Assembly (NCBI GenBank): GCA_043228905.1
Contig: JBHGNT010000018.1
Span: 7,874,001 to 7,938,000, forward strand
Reading direction: 5' to 3'
Length of the DNA stretch: 64,000 nucleotides
Source: Azolla caroliniana
Taxonomy: Eukaryota; Plantae; Polypodiophyta
The stretch's first letter is position 1; each line of letters starts with the position of its first letter. This document shows, piece by piece, positions 48,601 through 61,423 of the stretch. Below the pieces are notes generated by a model. It made no database searches. It saw only the letters and a list, made by a program, of their open reading frames with translations, and was not told the origin of the DNA. The translations under genes were made by a program, and so were the position numbers.

Positions 48601-51600
48601 TGTTGGGTCCAAGAGCCACTTCTATTTTGCGAAAATTTGATTTCACTATATGAGAACATAGATGTGGAGTATCTTAGTATTGTTATGCACATAAGATTGG
48701 TTAAACATCGATCTTCGACACATAAACCAATTCGAATCTTGTGAATACAAATGAGATTTCTGATAATTATGTCAATCGCGCTAGGAAGGGGTCGAACCTT
48801 CGACCTTTTGCTTAGGAAACAAACGCTCTATCCACTGAGCTACAAGTGCGAAATGCTTGCTCCAAAAGAAAGAGTCGATGATCCTATTAATTCTTTTATT
48901 CACTAATAAATGCATATGACTTGACGTATTTATAATCAAGTTATGTGAACTGCTTAATTAAAGCTCACATCTGAATCCTCGTAATCAATTTTTGAGGAAG
49001 TACTAAAAATTTATAGGAGTGTCTAAATGCGAAATACGTCATTCATTTTGGTTACTTGGGACCCATCACACTATGGCCTTTTGCATCCATGATCAACCCC
49101 TAATGTATAATACAAAAGTAGAGTTTTGCATTTGTTGGGTCCTCGAATAGCTCATAGTTTGTGAAAATTTGACTTCACTATACGAGACCATAAATGTGGA
49201 GTATCTTAGTATTGTTAGGCACATGAGATTGGTTAAACCTCAATCTTCGACATATAAACCAATCCAAGTCTTCTGAACCGAAATAACATATCTGATCATT
49301 ATTTCAATCGCACTAGGAAGGGGTCGAACATTCGGCCTTCTGCTTAGGAAATAGATGCTGTATCCACTGAGCTATAAGTGCGAAATGCTAGCTCCAAAAG
49401 AAAGGGTCGTTTATCTTAATAATTCTTCTAATTACTAATAAATTCATACGAGACCATAAATGTGGAGTATATTAGTATTGTTCTCACATGAGATTGGTTA
49501 AACCTTGATCCTCGACATATAAACCAATCTAGTCATGTTAACCCAAATGACATTTCTGATCATTATTTCAATCGTACTAGGAAGGGGTCCAACCTTCGGC
49601 CTTCTGCTTAGGAAACAAATACTTTATCCAATGTTTCACAAGTGCGAAATCCTTGCTCCAAAGGAAAGGGTCGAAGATCCCTATTAATTCTTCTAATTAC
49701 TAATAAATGCATCTGAATTGACAAATTTAGAATTAATTTATGTGAACTGCTTAATTAAAGCTCACAAATGAATCATCGTAATCGATTTTTGAGGAAGTAC
49801 TGAAAATCTATGAGTGGATAAATGTGAAATACCTCATTCATCTTGGTTACTTACGACCCATCACACTGTGACTTTTTGCTTTCATGGTAAACCCTTAATG
49901 TGTAATACAACAGTAGAGTTTTGCATTTGTTGGGTCCTACAACCACTTATAGTCAACTTGTAATTACTAATAAATGCATCTCAGTTGACGTATTTATAAT
50001 CAATTGATGTGAACTAAATTAAAGCTCACAACTGAATCCTCGTAATCGATTTTTGAGGAAGTACGGGAAATCTATAGGAGTGTCGAAATTGGAAATACCT
50101 TATTCATTTTGCTTACTTGGGACCCATCACACTATGACTTTTTGCTTCATTGGTAAACCCTTAATCCTTAATACAGAAGTAGAGTTTTGCATTTGTTGGG
50201 TCCTACAACTGCTTATAGTTTGTGAAAATGTGATTTGACTATACGAGACCATAAATGTGGAGGATCTTAGTATTGTTAAGCACATGAGATTGGTTAAACC
50301 TCAATCTTTGACACATAAACCAATTCTAGTCTTCTGAACCGAAATGACATATTTGATCATTATTACGCTCACACTAGGAAGAGGTCGAACCGTCGGCCTT
50401 CTGCTTAGGAAACATACGCTCTATCCAATGAGTTACAAGTGTGAAATGCTTGCTCGAAAAGAAAGGGTAGATTATCCTATTTATTCTTCTAATTACTAAT
50501 AAATGCATATGAGTTGACGTATTTAGAATTAATTTTTGTGAACTGCTTAATTAAAGTTCACAACTAAATCCTCGTAATCGATTTTTGAGGAAGTACTAAA
50601 AATCTATTGGAGTGTCTAAATCAGAAATACCTTATTCATGTTGGTTACTTGGGACACATCACACTATGAATTTTTGCTTCATTGGTAAACCCTTAATGTA
50701 TAATACAGAAGTAGAGTTTTGCATTTGTCGGGTCCTACAACCGCTTATAGTTTGTGAAAATGTGATTTGACTATACGAGACCATAAATGTAGACGATCTT
50801 AGTATTGTTAGGCAAATGAGATTGGTTAAACCTCAATCTTCGACATATAAACCAATTCAAGTCTTCTGAACCGAAATGAAATATCTGATCATTATTTCAA
50901 TCGCACTAGGAAGGGGATCGAACCTTCGGTCTTGTGCTTAGGAAAACAAACGCTCTATCCACTGAGCTACAAATGCGAAATACTTCCCCCACTAGAGAGG
51001 GTCGATTATCCTATTAATTTCTCTAATTACTAACAAATGCAGTCTTGTGAAGCCAAATGACTTTTTTGATTATTATTTCAATCACACTAAGAAGGGGTCG
51101 AACCTTCGGTCTTTTGCTTAGGAAACAGACCCTCTATCCACTAAGCTACAAGTGCGAAATGCTTGCTTCTAAAGAAAGAGTCGATGATCCTATTAATTCG
51201 GCTAACAATACTAAGATACTCCACGACACAATAAATGTGGAGTATATGAGTATTGTTACGCACATGAGATTGGTTAAACGTCGATCTTCGACACATAAAG
51301 CAATTCAATTCTTCTAAACCGAAATGACATATCTAATCATTATTTCAGTCGCACTAGGAAGGGGTCGAGCCTTCGGCCTTTTGCTTAGGAACCAGACGCT
51401 CTATCCAGTGAGCTACAAGTGCGAAATCCTTGCTCCCAAAGAAAGAGTGGATGATCCTATTATTCTTCTTATTACTAAGAAATCCATACGAGACAATAAA
51501 TGTGGAGTATATGAGTATTGTTACGCACATGGGATTGGTTAAACTTCGATCTTTGACACCTAAACGAATTCTGGTCTAATGAACCGAAATGACATTTCTG

Positions 51601-53447
51601 ATCATTATTTTAGGCGCACTAGGAAGGGGTCGAACCTTCGGCCTTCTGCTTACGAACCAGACGCTCTATCCAGTGAGCTACAAGTGTGAAATCCTTGCTC
51701 CCAAAGAAAGAGTCGATGATCCTATTAATTCTTCTTATTACTAAGAAATCCATATGAGATAATAAATGTGGAGTATATGAGTATTGTTACGCACATGAGA
51801 TTGGTTAAACTTCGATCTTTGACACATAAACGAATTCTACTCTAATGAACCGAAATGACATTTCTGATTATTATTTCAGGCACACTAGGAAGGGGTCGAA
51901 CCTTCGGCCTTCTGCTTAGGAAACAGGCGCTCTATCCACTGAGCTACAAGTGCGAAATGCTTGCTCCAAAAGAAAGAGTCAATGATTCTATTAATTCTTC
52001 TAATTAATAATAAATGCATCTGAGTTGATGTATTTATAATCAATTTATGTGAACTGCTTAATTAAAGCTCACAAATGAATCATCGTCATCGATTTTTGAG
52101 GAACTACGAGAAATCTATATGAGTGGCTAAATGCGAAATACCTCATTCATTTTGGTTACCTGGGACACATTACACTGTGACTTTTTGCTCTGATGGGAAA
52201 CCCTTACTGCGTAATACAACTCTCGAGTTTTGCATTTGTTGTGTCCTAGAAGCACCCATAGTTTTTGGAAATTTGTTTTTACTATACGTGCCCATAAATG
52301 TGGAGTATCTTAGTATTCTTACGCACATTAGATTGGTTAAACCTCCAACTTCGACATATAAACCAATTCCAGTCTTGTTAACACAAATGACATTTCTGAT
52401 CATTATGTCAATCGCATTAGGAAGGGGTCGAACCTTCGGCCTTATGTTTCGGAAACAAACGCTCTATCCACTGAGCTACAAGTGCGAAATGCTTGCTCCA
52501 AAAGAAAGAGTCGATGATCCTATTAATTGTTGTAATTAATAATCAATGCATTTGAGTTGACGTATTTATAATCAATTTATGTGGACTGCTTAATTAAAGC
52601 TCACAAATGAATATTCGTCATCGCTTTCTGAGGAAGTACGAGAAATCTATCTGAGTGGCTAAATGCGAAATACCTCATTCATTTTGGTTACTTGGGACCC
52701 ATTCCAATCTGACTTTTTGCTCTCATGGTAAACCCTTAATGCGTAATACAACTCTAGAGTTTTGCATTTGTTGTGTCCTAGAACTACCCATAGTTTTTGG
52801 AAATTTGTTTTTACTATACGAGACCATAAATGTGGAGTATCTTAGTATTGTTACACACATTAGATTGGTTAAACCTCCAACTTCGACATATAAACCAATT
52901 CCAATCTTGTTAACCCAAATGACATTTATGATCATTATTTCAATCGCACTAGGAAGGGGTCGAACCTTCGGCCTTCTGCTTAGGAAACATACGCTCTATC
53001 CACTGAGCTACAAGTGTGAAATCCTATTAATTCATCTTATTACTAAGAAATACATACGAGACAATAAATGTGGAGTATATGAGTATTGTTACGCACATGA
53101 GATTGGTTAAACGTCGATCTTCGACACATAAAGCAATTCAGTTCTTCTAAACCGAAATGACATATCTAATTATTATTTCAGTCGCACTAGGAAGGGGTCG
53201 AACCTTCGGCCTTCTACATAGGAACCAGACGCTCTATCCACTGAGCTACAAGTGCGAAATCCTTGCTCCAAAGAAAGAGTCGATGATCCTATTAATTCTT
53301 CTTATTACTAAGAAATCCATACGAGACAATAAATGTGGAGTATATGAGTATTGTTACGCACATGGAATTGGTTAAACTTCGATGTTTGACACCTAAACGA
53401 ATTTTGGTCTAATGAACCGAAATGACATTTCTGATCATTATTTCAAG

Positions 53448-53520
53448 CGCACTAGGAAGGGGTCGAACCTTCGGCCTTCTGCTTAGGAAACAGACGCTCT
53501 ATCCACTGAGCTACAAGTGC
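53448..53520 (-). tRNA. tRNA-Arg(CCT), consensus-perfect copy
   Basis: 73-nt cloverleaf with A and B boxes, loop TTCCTAA, G73. Confidence 0.88.
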
Positions 53521-56500
53521 GAAATCCTTGCTCCCAAAGAAAGAGTCGATGATCCTATTAATTCTCATTATTACGAAGAAATCCATACGAGACAATAAAT
53601 GTGGAGTATATGAGTATTGTTACGCACATGAGATTGGTTAAACTTCGATCTTTGACACCTAAACGAATTCTAGTCTAATGAACCGAAATAACATTTCTGA
53701 TCATTATTTCAAGCGCACTAGGAAGGGGTCGAACCCTCGGCCTTGTCCTTAGGAAATAGACGCTCTATCCACTGAGCTACAAGTGCGAAATCCTTGCTCC
53801 CAAAGGAAGAGTTGAGGATCCTATTAATTCTTCTTATTACTAAGAAATGCATACGAGACAATTAATGTGGAGTATATGAGTATTGTTACACACATGAGAT
53901 TGGTTAAACTTCGATCTTTGACACATAAACGAATTTTAGTCTAATGAACCGAAATAACATTTCTGATCATTATTTCAAGCGCACTAGGAAGGGGTCTAAC
54001 CTTCGGCCTTCTGCTTAGGAAATAGACGCTCTATCCACTGAGCTACAAGTGCGAAATGCTTGGTCCAAAAGATCGAGTCAATGATTCTATTAATTCTTCT
54101 AATTAATAATAAATGCATCTGAGTTGACGTATTTATAATCAATTTATGTGAACTGCGTAATTAAAGCTCACAAATGAATCATCGTCCTGAATGGATTTTT
54201 GAGGAGGTATTGTAAATCTATATGCGTGGATAAATGCCAAATACCTCCTTCTTTTTGGTTTCTTGGGACCCATTCCAGAGTGTCTTTTTGCTTTAATGGT
54301 AAACCCGTAATGCGCAATACAACAATAGTGTTTTGCATTTGTTGTGTCCTAGAACCACTTATATTTTTCGGAAGATAATTTTTACTATATGAGACCATAA
54401 AAGTGGAGTATCTTAGTATTGTTAGCCAAATGAGATTGGTTAAACCTCGATCTTCGACGCATAAAGCAATTCAGTTCTTCTAAACCGAAATGACATATCT
54501 AATCATTATTTGAGTCACACTAGGAAGGGGTCTAACCTTCGGCCTTGTGCTTAGGAACCAGACGCTCTATCCACTGAGCTACAAGTGCGAAATCCTTGCT
54601 CCCAGAGAAAGAGTCGATGATCCTATTAATTCTCCTTATTACTAAGAAATGTATACGAGACAATAAATGTGGAGTATATGAGTATTGTTACGCACATGAG
54701 ATTGGTTAAACGTCGATCTTCGACACATAAAGCAATTCAGTTCTTCTAAACCGAAATTGCATATCTAATCATTATTTCAGTTGCACTAGGAAGGGGTCGA
54801 ACCTTCGTCCTTTTGCTTAGGAACAAGACACTCTATCCACTGAGCTACAATTGCGAAATCCTTGCTCCCAAAGAAAGAGTCGATGATCCTATGAATTCTT
54901 CTTATTACTAAGAAATGTATACCAGACAATAAATGTGGAGTATATGAGTATTGTTACGCACATGAGAATGGTTAAACGTCGATCTTCGACACAGAAAGCA
55001 ATTTAGTTCTTCTAAACCGAAATGACATATCTAATCATTATTTGAATCGCACTAGGAAAGGGTCGAACCTTCGGCCTTCTGCTTAGGAACCAGACGCTCT
55101 ATCCATTGAGCTACAAGTGTGAAATCCTTGCTCCCAAAGAAAGATTCGATGATCCTATTAATTCTTCTAATTAATAATAAATGCATCTGAGTTGACGTAT
55201 TTATAATCAATTTATGTGAACTTCTAAATTAGAGCTCACAAATGAATCATCGTCATCGATTTCTAAGGAACTACGAGAAATCTATATGAGTGGCTAAATG
55301 CGAAATACCTAATTCATTTTGGTTACCTGGGCCCCATTACACTATGACTTTTTGCTCTAATGGTAAACCCTTAATGCGTAATACAACAGTAGAGTTTTGC
55401 ATTTGTTGGGTCCTACAACCACTTATAGTCAACTTGTAATTACTAATAAATGCATCTCAGTTGACGTATTTATAAGCAATTCAGTTCTTCTAAACCGAAA
55501 TGACATATCTAATCATTATTTCAGTTGCACTAGGAAGGGGTCGAACCTTCGGCCGTCTGCTTATGAAGCAGACGCTCTATCCACTGAGCTACAAGTGCGA
55601 AATCCTTGCCCCCAAAGAAAGAGTGGATGATCCTATTAATTCTTCTTATTACTAAGAAATGTATACGAGAAAATAAATGTGGAGTATATGAGTATTGTTA
55701 CGCACATGAGAATGGTTAAACATCAATCTTCGACACAGAAAGCAATTCAGTTCTTCTAAACCGAAATGACATATCTAATCATTATTTCAGTCGCACTAGG
55801 AAAGGGTCGAACCTTCGGCCTTCTGCTTAGGAACCAGACGCTCTATCCATTGAGCTACAAGTGTGAAATCCTTGCTCCCATAGAAAGGGTTGATCATCCT
55901 ATTAATTCTTCTAATTAATAATAAATGCATCTGAGTTGACGTATTTATAATCAATTTATGTGAACTGCTAAATTAGAGCTCACAGATGAATCATCGTCAT
56001 CGATTTCTAAGGAACTATGAGAAATCTATATGAGTGGCTAAATGCGAAATACCTAATTCATTTTGGTTACCTGGGCCCCATTACACTGTGACTTTTGCTC
56101 TGATGGTAAACCCTTAATGCGTAATACAACAGTAGAGTTTTGCATTTGTTGGGTCCTACAACCACTTATAGTCAACTTGTAATTACTAATAAATGCATCT
56201 CAGTTGACGTATTTATAATCAATTGATGTGAACTAAATTAAAGCTCACAACTGAATCCTCGTAATCGATTTTTGAGGAAGTACGGGAAATCTATAGGAGT
56301 GTCGCAATTGGAAATACCTTATTCATTTTGCTTAATTGGGACCCATCACACTATGACTTTTTGCTTCATTGGTAAACCCTTAATCCTTAATACAGAAGTA
56401 GAGTTTTGCATTTGTTGGGTCCTACAACTGCTTATAGTTTGTGAAAATGTGATTTGACTATACGAGACCATAAATGTGGAGGATCTTAGTATTGTTAAGC

Positions 56501-59500
56501 ACATGAGATTGGTTAAACCTCAATTTTTGACACATAAACCAATTCTAGTCTTCTGAACCGAAATGACATATGTGATCATTATTACGCTCGCACTAGGAAG
56601 AGGTGGAACCGTCGGCCTTCTGATTAGGAAACAGACGCTCTATCCAATGAGTTGACGAAATGCTTGCTCGAAAGGAAAGGGTAGATTATCCTATTTATTC
56701 TTCTAATTACTAATAAATGCATATGAGTTGACGTATTTATAATTAATTTTTGTGAACTGCTTAATTAAAGTTCACAACTAAATCCTCGTAATCGATTTTT
56801 GAGGAAGTACTAAAAATCTATTGGAGTGTCTAAATCTGAAATACCTCATTCATGTTGGTTGCTTGGGACACATCACACTATGAATTTTTGCTTCATTGGT
56901 AAACCCCTAATGTATAATACAGAAGTAGAGTTTTGCATTTGTCGGGTCCTACAACCGCTTATAGTTTGTGAAAATGTGATTTGACTATACGAGACCATAA
57001 ATGTAGACGATCTTAGTATTGTTAGGCAAATGAGATTGGTTAAACCTCAATCTTCGACATATAAACCAATTCAAGTCTTTTGAACCGAAATGAAATATCT
57101 GATCATTATTTCAATCGTACTAGGAAGGGGGTCGAACCTTCGGTTTTGTGCTTAGGAAAACAAACACTCTATACACTGAGCTACAAATGCGAAACAATTT
57201 CCCCACTAGAGAGGGTCGATTATCCTATTAATTTTTCTAATTACTAAAAAATGCAGTCCTGTGAACCGAAATGACATTTCTGATCATTATTTCAATCACA
57301 CGAAGAAGGGGTCGAACCTTCGGTCTTTTGCTTAGGAAACAAACGCTCTATCCACTAAGTTACAAGTGCGAAATGCTTGCTTCTAAAGAAAGAGTCGATG
57401 ATCCTATTAATTCGCCTAACAATACTAAGATACTCCACGAGACAATAAATGTGGAGTATATGAGTATTGTTCCGCACATTAGATTGGTTAAACGTCGATC
57501 TTCGACACATAAAGCAATTCAGTTCTTCTAAACCGAAATGACATATCTAATCATTATTTCAGTCGCACTAGGAAGGGGTCGAACCTTCGGCCTTCTGCTT
57601 AGGAACCAGACGCTCTATCCAGTGAGCTACAAGTGCGAAATCCTTGCTCCCAAAGAAAGAGTCGATGATCCTATTCATTCTTCTTATTACTAAGAAATCC
57701 ATACGAGACAATAAATGTGGAGTATATGAGTATTGTTACGCACATGAGAATGGTTAAACGTCGTTCTTCGACACAGAAAGCAATTCAGTTCTTCTAAACC
57801 GAAATGACATATCTAATCATTATTTCTAAACCGAACAGCTTAATTAAAGCTCCCAAATGAATATTCGTCATCGCTTTCTGAGGAAGTTCGAGAAATCCAT
57901 CTGAGTGGCTAAATGCGAAATACCTCATTCATTTTGGTTACTTGGGACCCATTCCAATGTGACTTTTTGCTCTCATGTAAACCCTTAATGCGTAATACAA
58001 CTCTAGAGTTTTGCATTTGTTGTGTCCTAGAACTACCCATAGTTTTTGGAAATTTGTTTTTAGCACACAAGACCATAAATGTGAAGTATCTTAGTATTGT
58101 TACGCACATTAGATTGGTTAAACCTCCAACTTCGACATATAAACCAATTCCAATCTTGTTAACCCAAATCACATTTATGATCATTATTTCAATCGCACTA
58201 GGAAGGGGTCGAACCTTCGGCCTTCTACTTAGGAAACAGACACTTTATCCGCTAAGCTACAAGTACGAAATGTTTGCTCCGAAAGAAAGAGTCGGTGGTC
58301 TTATTAATTATTTTAATTAATAATAAATGGATCTGAGTTGACGTATTTATAATCAATTTATGTGGACTTCTTAAATACAACTCACAATCGAATACTCGTA
58401 ATTGATTTTTGAGGAAGTACGGAAAATCTATAGGAGTGTCTAAATAAGAAATACCTTATTCATTTTGGTTACTTGCAACCCATCACACTGAGTTTTTGCT
58501 TCCATGGTAATCCTTTAATGCATAATACAGAAGTAGAGTTTTGCATTTGTTGGGTCCTCGAACTGCTTAGAGTTTGACTATACGAGACCATAAATATGGA
58601 ATATCTTAGTAATGTTACGCACATGAGATTGGTTAAACCTGAATTTTCGACACATAAAGCAATTCAGTTCTTCTGAACCGAAATGACATATCTAATCATT
58701 ATTTCAGTCGTACTAGGAAGGGGTCGAACCTTCGGCCTTCTGCTTAGGAAATAGACGCTCTTTCCACTGAGCTACAAGTGCGAAATCCTTGCTCCCAAAG
58801 AAAGAGTCGATGATCCTATTAATTCTTCTAAATATTAATAAATGCATCTGAGTTGAAGTATTTAAAATCAATTTATGTGAACTGCCTAATTAAAGCTCAC
58901 AAATGAATCATCGTCCTGAATGGATTTTTGAGGAGGTATTGTAAATCTATATGAGTGGATAAATACCAAATACCTCCTTCTTTTTGGTTCCTTGGGACCC
59001 ATTCCAGAGTGTCTTTTTGCTTTAATGGTAAACCCGTCATGCGCAATACAACAATAGTGTTTTGCATTTGTTGTGTCGTGGAACCACTTATATTTTTTGG
59101 AAAATTATTTTTACTATATGAGACCATAAAAGTGGAGTATCTTAGTATTGTTAGCCAAATGAGATTGGTTAAACCTGGATCTTCGACGCATAAACGAATT
59201 CCAGTCTAATGAACCGAAATGACATTTCTGATCATTATTTCAATCGCACTAGCAAGAGGTCGAACTGTCGGCCTTCTGCTTAGGAAACTGGCGTTCTATC
59301 GACTGAGCTACAAGTGCAAAATTCTTGCTTCGAAAGAAAGAGTCAATGGTCCTATTAATTCTTCTATGTATTAATAAATGCATCTGAGTTGAAGTATTTA
59401 AAATCAATTTATGTGGATTGCTTAATTACAACTCACGACTGAATCCTCATAATTAATTTTTGAGGAAGTACGGAAAATCTATAGGAGTGTCTACATTCGA

Positions 59501-60546
59501 AATACCTCATTCATTTTGGTTACTTGCGACCCATCACACTATGAGTTTTTGCTTCCATGGTAATCCTTTAATACAGAATATAGAAGTGGAGTTTGCAGTC
59601 GTTGGGTCCTAGAACCGCTTATAATTTGTGAAAATTTGATTTCACTATAGGAGACCATAAACATGGAATATCTTAGTATTGTTACGCACATGAGATTGGT
59701 TAAACGTGGATCTTCGACACATAATGCAATTCAGTTCTTCTAAACCGAAATGACATATCTAATCATTATTTGAGTCACACTAGGAAGGGGTCGACCCTTC
59801 GGCCTTCTGCTTAGGAACCAGACGCTCTATCCACTGAGCTACAAGTGCGAAATCCTTGCTCCCAAAGAAAGAGTCGATGATCCTATTAATTCATCTTATT
59901 ACTAAGAAATCCATACGAGACAATAAATGTGGAGTATATGAGTATTGTTACGCACATGAGATTGGTTAAACGTCGATCTTTGACACGTAAACGAATTCTA
60001 GTCTAATGAACCGAAATGACATTTCTGATCATTATTTCAAGCACACTAGGAAGGGGTCGAACATTCGGCCTTCTGCTTAGGAAACAGACGCTCTATCCAC
60101 TGAGCTACAAGTGTGAAATCCTATAAATTCATCTTATTACTAAGAAATGCATACGAGACAATAAATGTGGAGTATATGAGTATTGTTACGCACATGAGAT
60201 TGGTTAAATGTCGATCTTCGACACATAAATCAATTCAGTTCTTTTTAACCAAAATGACATATCTAATCATTATTTCAGTCGCACTAGGAAGGGGTCGAAC
60301 CTTCGGCCTTCTGCTTAGGAACCAGACGCTCTATCCACTAAGCTACAAGTGCGAAATCCTTGCTCCCAAAGAAAGAGTCGATGATCCTATTCATTCTTCT
60401 TATTACTAAGAAAACCCATACGCGACAATAAATGTGGAGTATATGAGTATTGTTACGCACATGAGATTGGTTAAACTTCGATCTTTGAAACCTAAACGAA
60501 TTCTGGTCTAATGAACCGAAATGACATTTCTGATCATTATTTTAGG

Positions 60547-60619
60547 CGCACTAGGAAGGGGTCGAACCTTCGGCCTTCTGCTTAGGAAACAGACGCTCTA
60601 TCCACTGAGCTACAAGTGC
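60547..60619 (-). tRNA. tRNA-Arg(CCT), consensus-perfect copy
   Basis: Identical to 53448-53520. Confidence 0.88.
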
Positions 60620-60812
60620 GAAATCCTTGCTCCCAAAGAAAGAGTCGATGATCCTATTAATTCTTCTTATTACTAAGAAATGCATACGAGATAATAAATG
60701 TGGAGTTTATGAGTATTGTTACGTACATCAGATTGGTTAAACTTTGATCTTTGACACCTAAACGAATTCTGGTCTAATGAACCGAAATGACATTTCTGAT
60801 CATTATTTTAGG

Positions 60813-60885
60813 CGCACTAGGAAGGGGTCGAACCTTCGGCCTTCTGCTTAGGAAACAGACGCTCTATCCACTGAGCTACAAGTGC
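60813..60885 (-). tRNA. tRNA-Arg(CCT), consensus-perfect copy
   Basis: Identical to 53448-53520. Confidence 0.88.
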
Positions 60886-61350
60886 GAAATCCTTGCTCCC
60901 AAAGAAAGAGTTGATGGTCCTATTAATTCTTCTTATTACTAAGAAATGCATACGAGACAATAAATGTGGAGTATATGAGTATTGTTACGCACATCAGATT
61001 GGTTAAACTTCGATCTTTGACACCTAAACGAATTCTAGTCTAATGAACCGAAATGACATTTCTCATCATTATTTCGAATGCACTAGGAAGGGGTCGAACC
61101 TTCGGCCTTCTGCTTAGGAAACAGACGCTCTATCCACTGAGCTACAAGTGCGAAATCCTTGCTCCCAAACAAAGAGTCGGAAGCAATGATCTTATTAATT
61201 CTTTTTATTACTAAGAAATGGATACGAGACAATAAATGTGGAGAATGTGAGTATTGTTACGCACATGAGATTGGTTAAACTTTGATCTTTGACACATAAA
61301 CGAATTCTAGTCTAATGAACCGAAATAACATTTCTGATCATTATTTCAAG

Positions 61351-61423
61351 CGCACTAGGAAGGGGTCGAACCTTCGGCCTTCTGCTTAGGAAACAGACGC
61401 TCTATCCACTGAGCTACAAGTGC
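61351..61423 (-). tRNA. tRNA-Arg(CCT), consensus-perfect copy
   Basis: Identical to 53448-53520. Confidence 0.88.
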
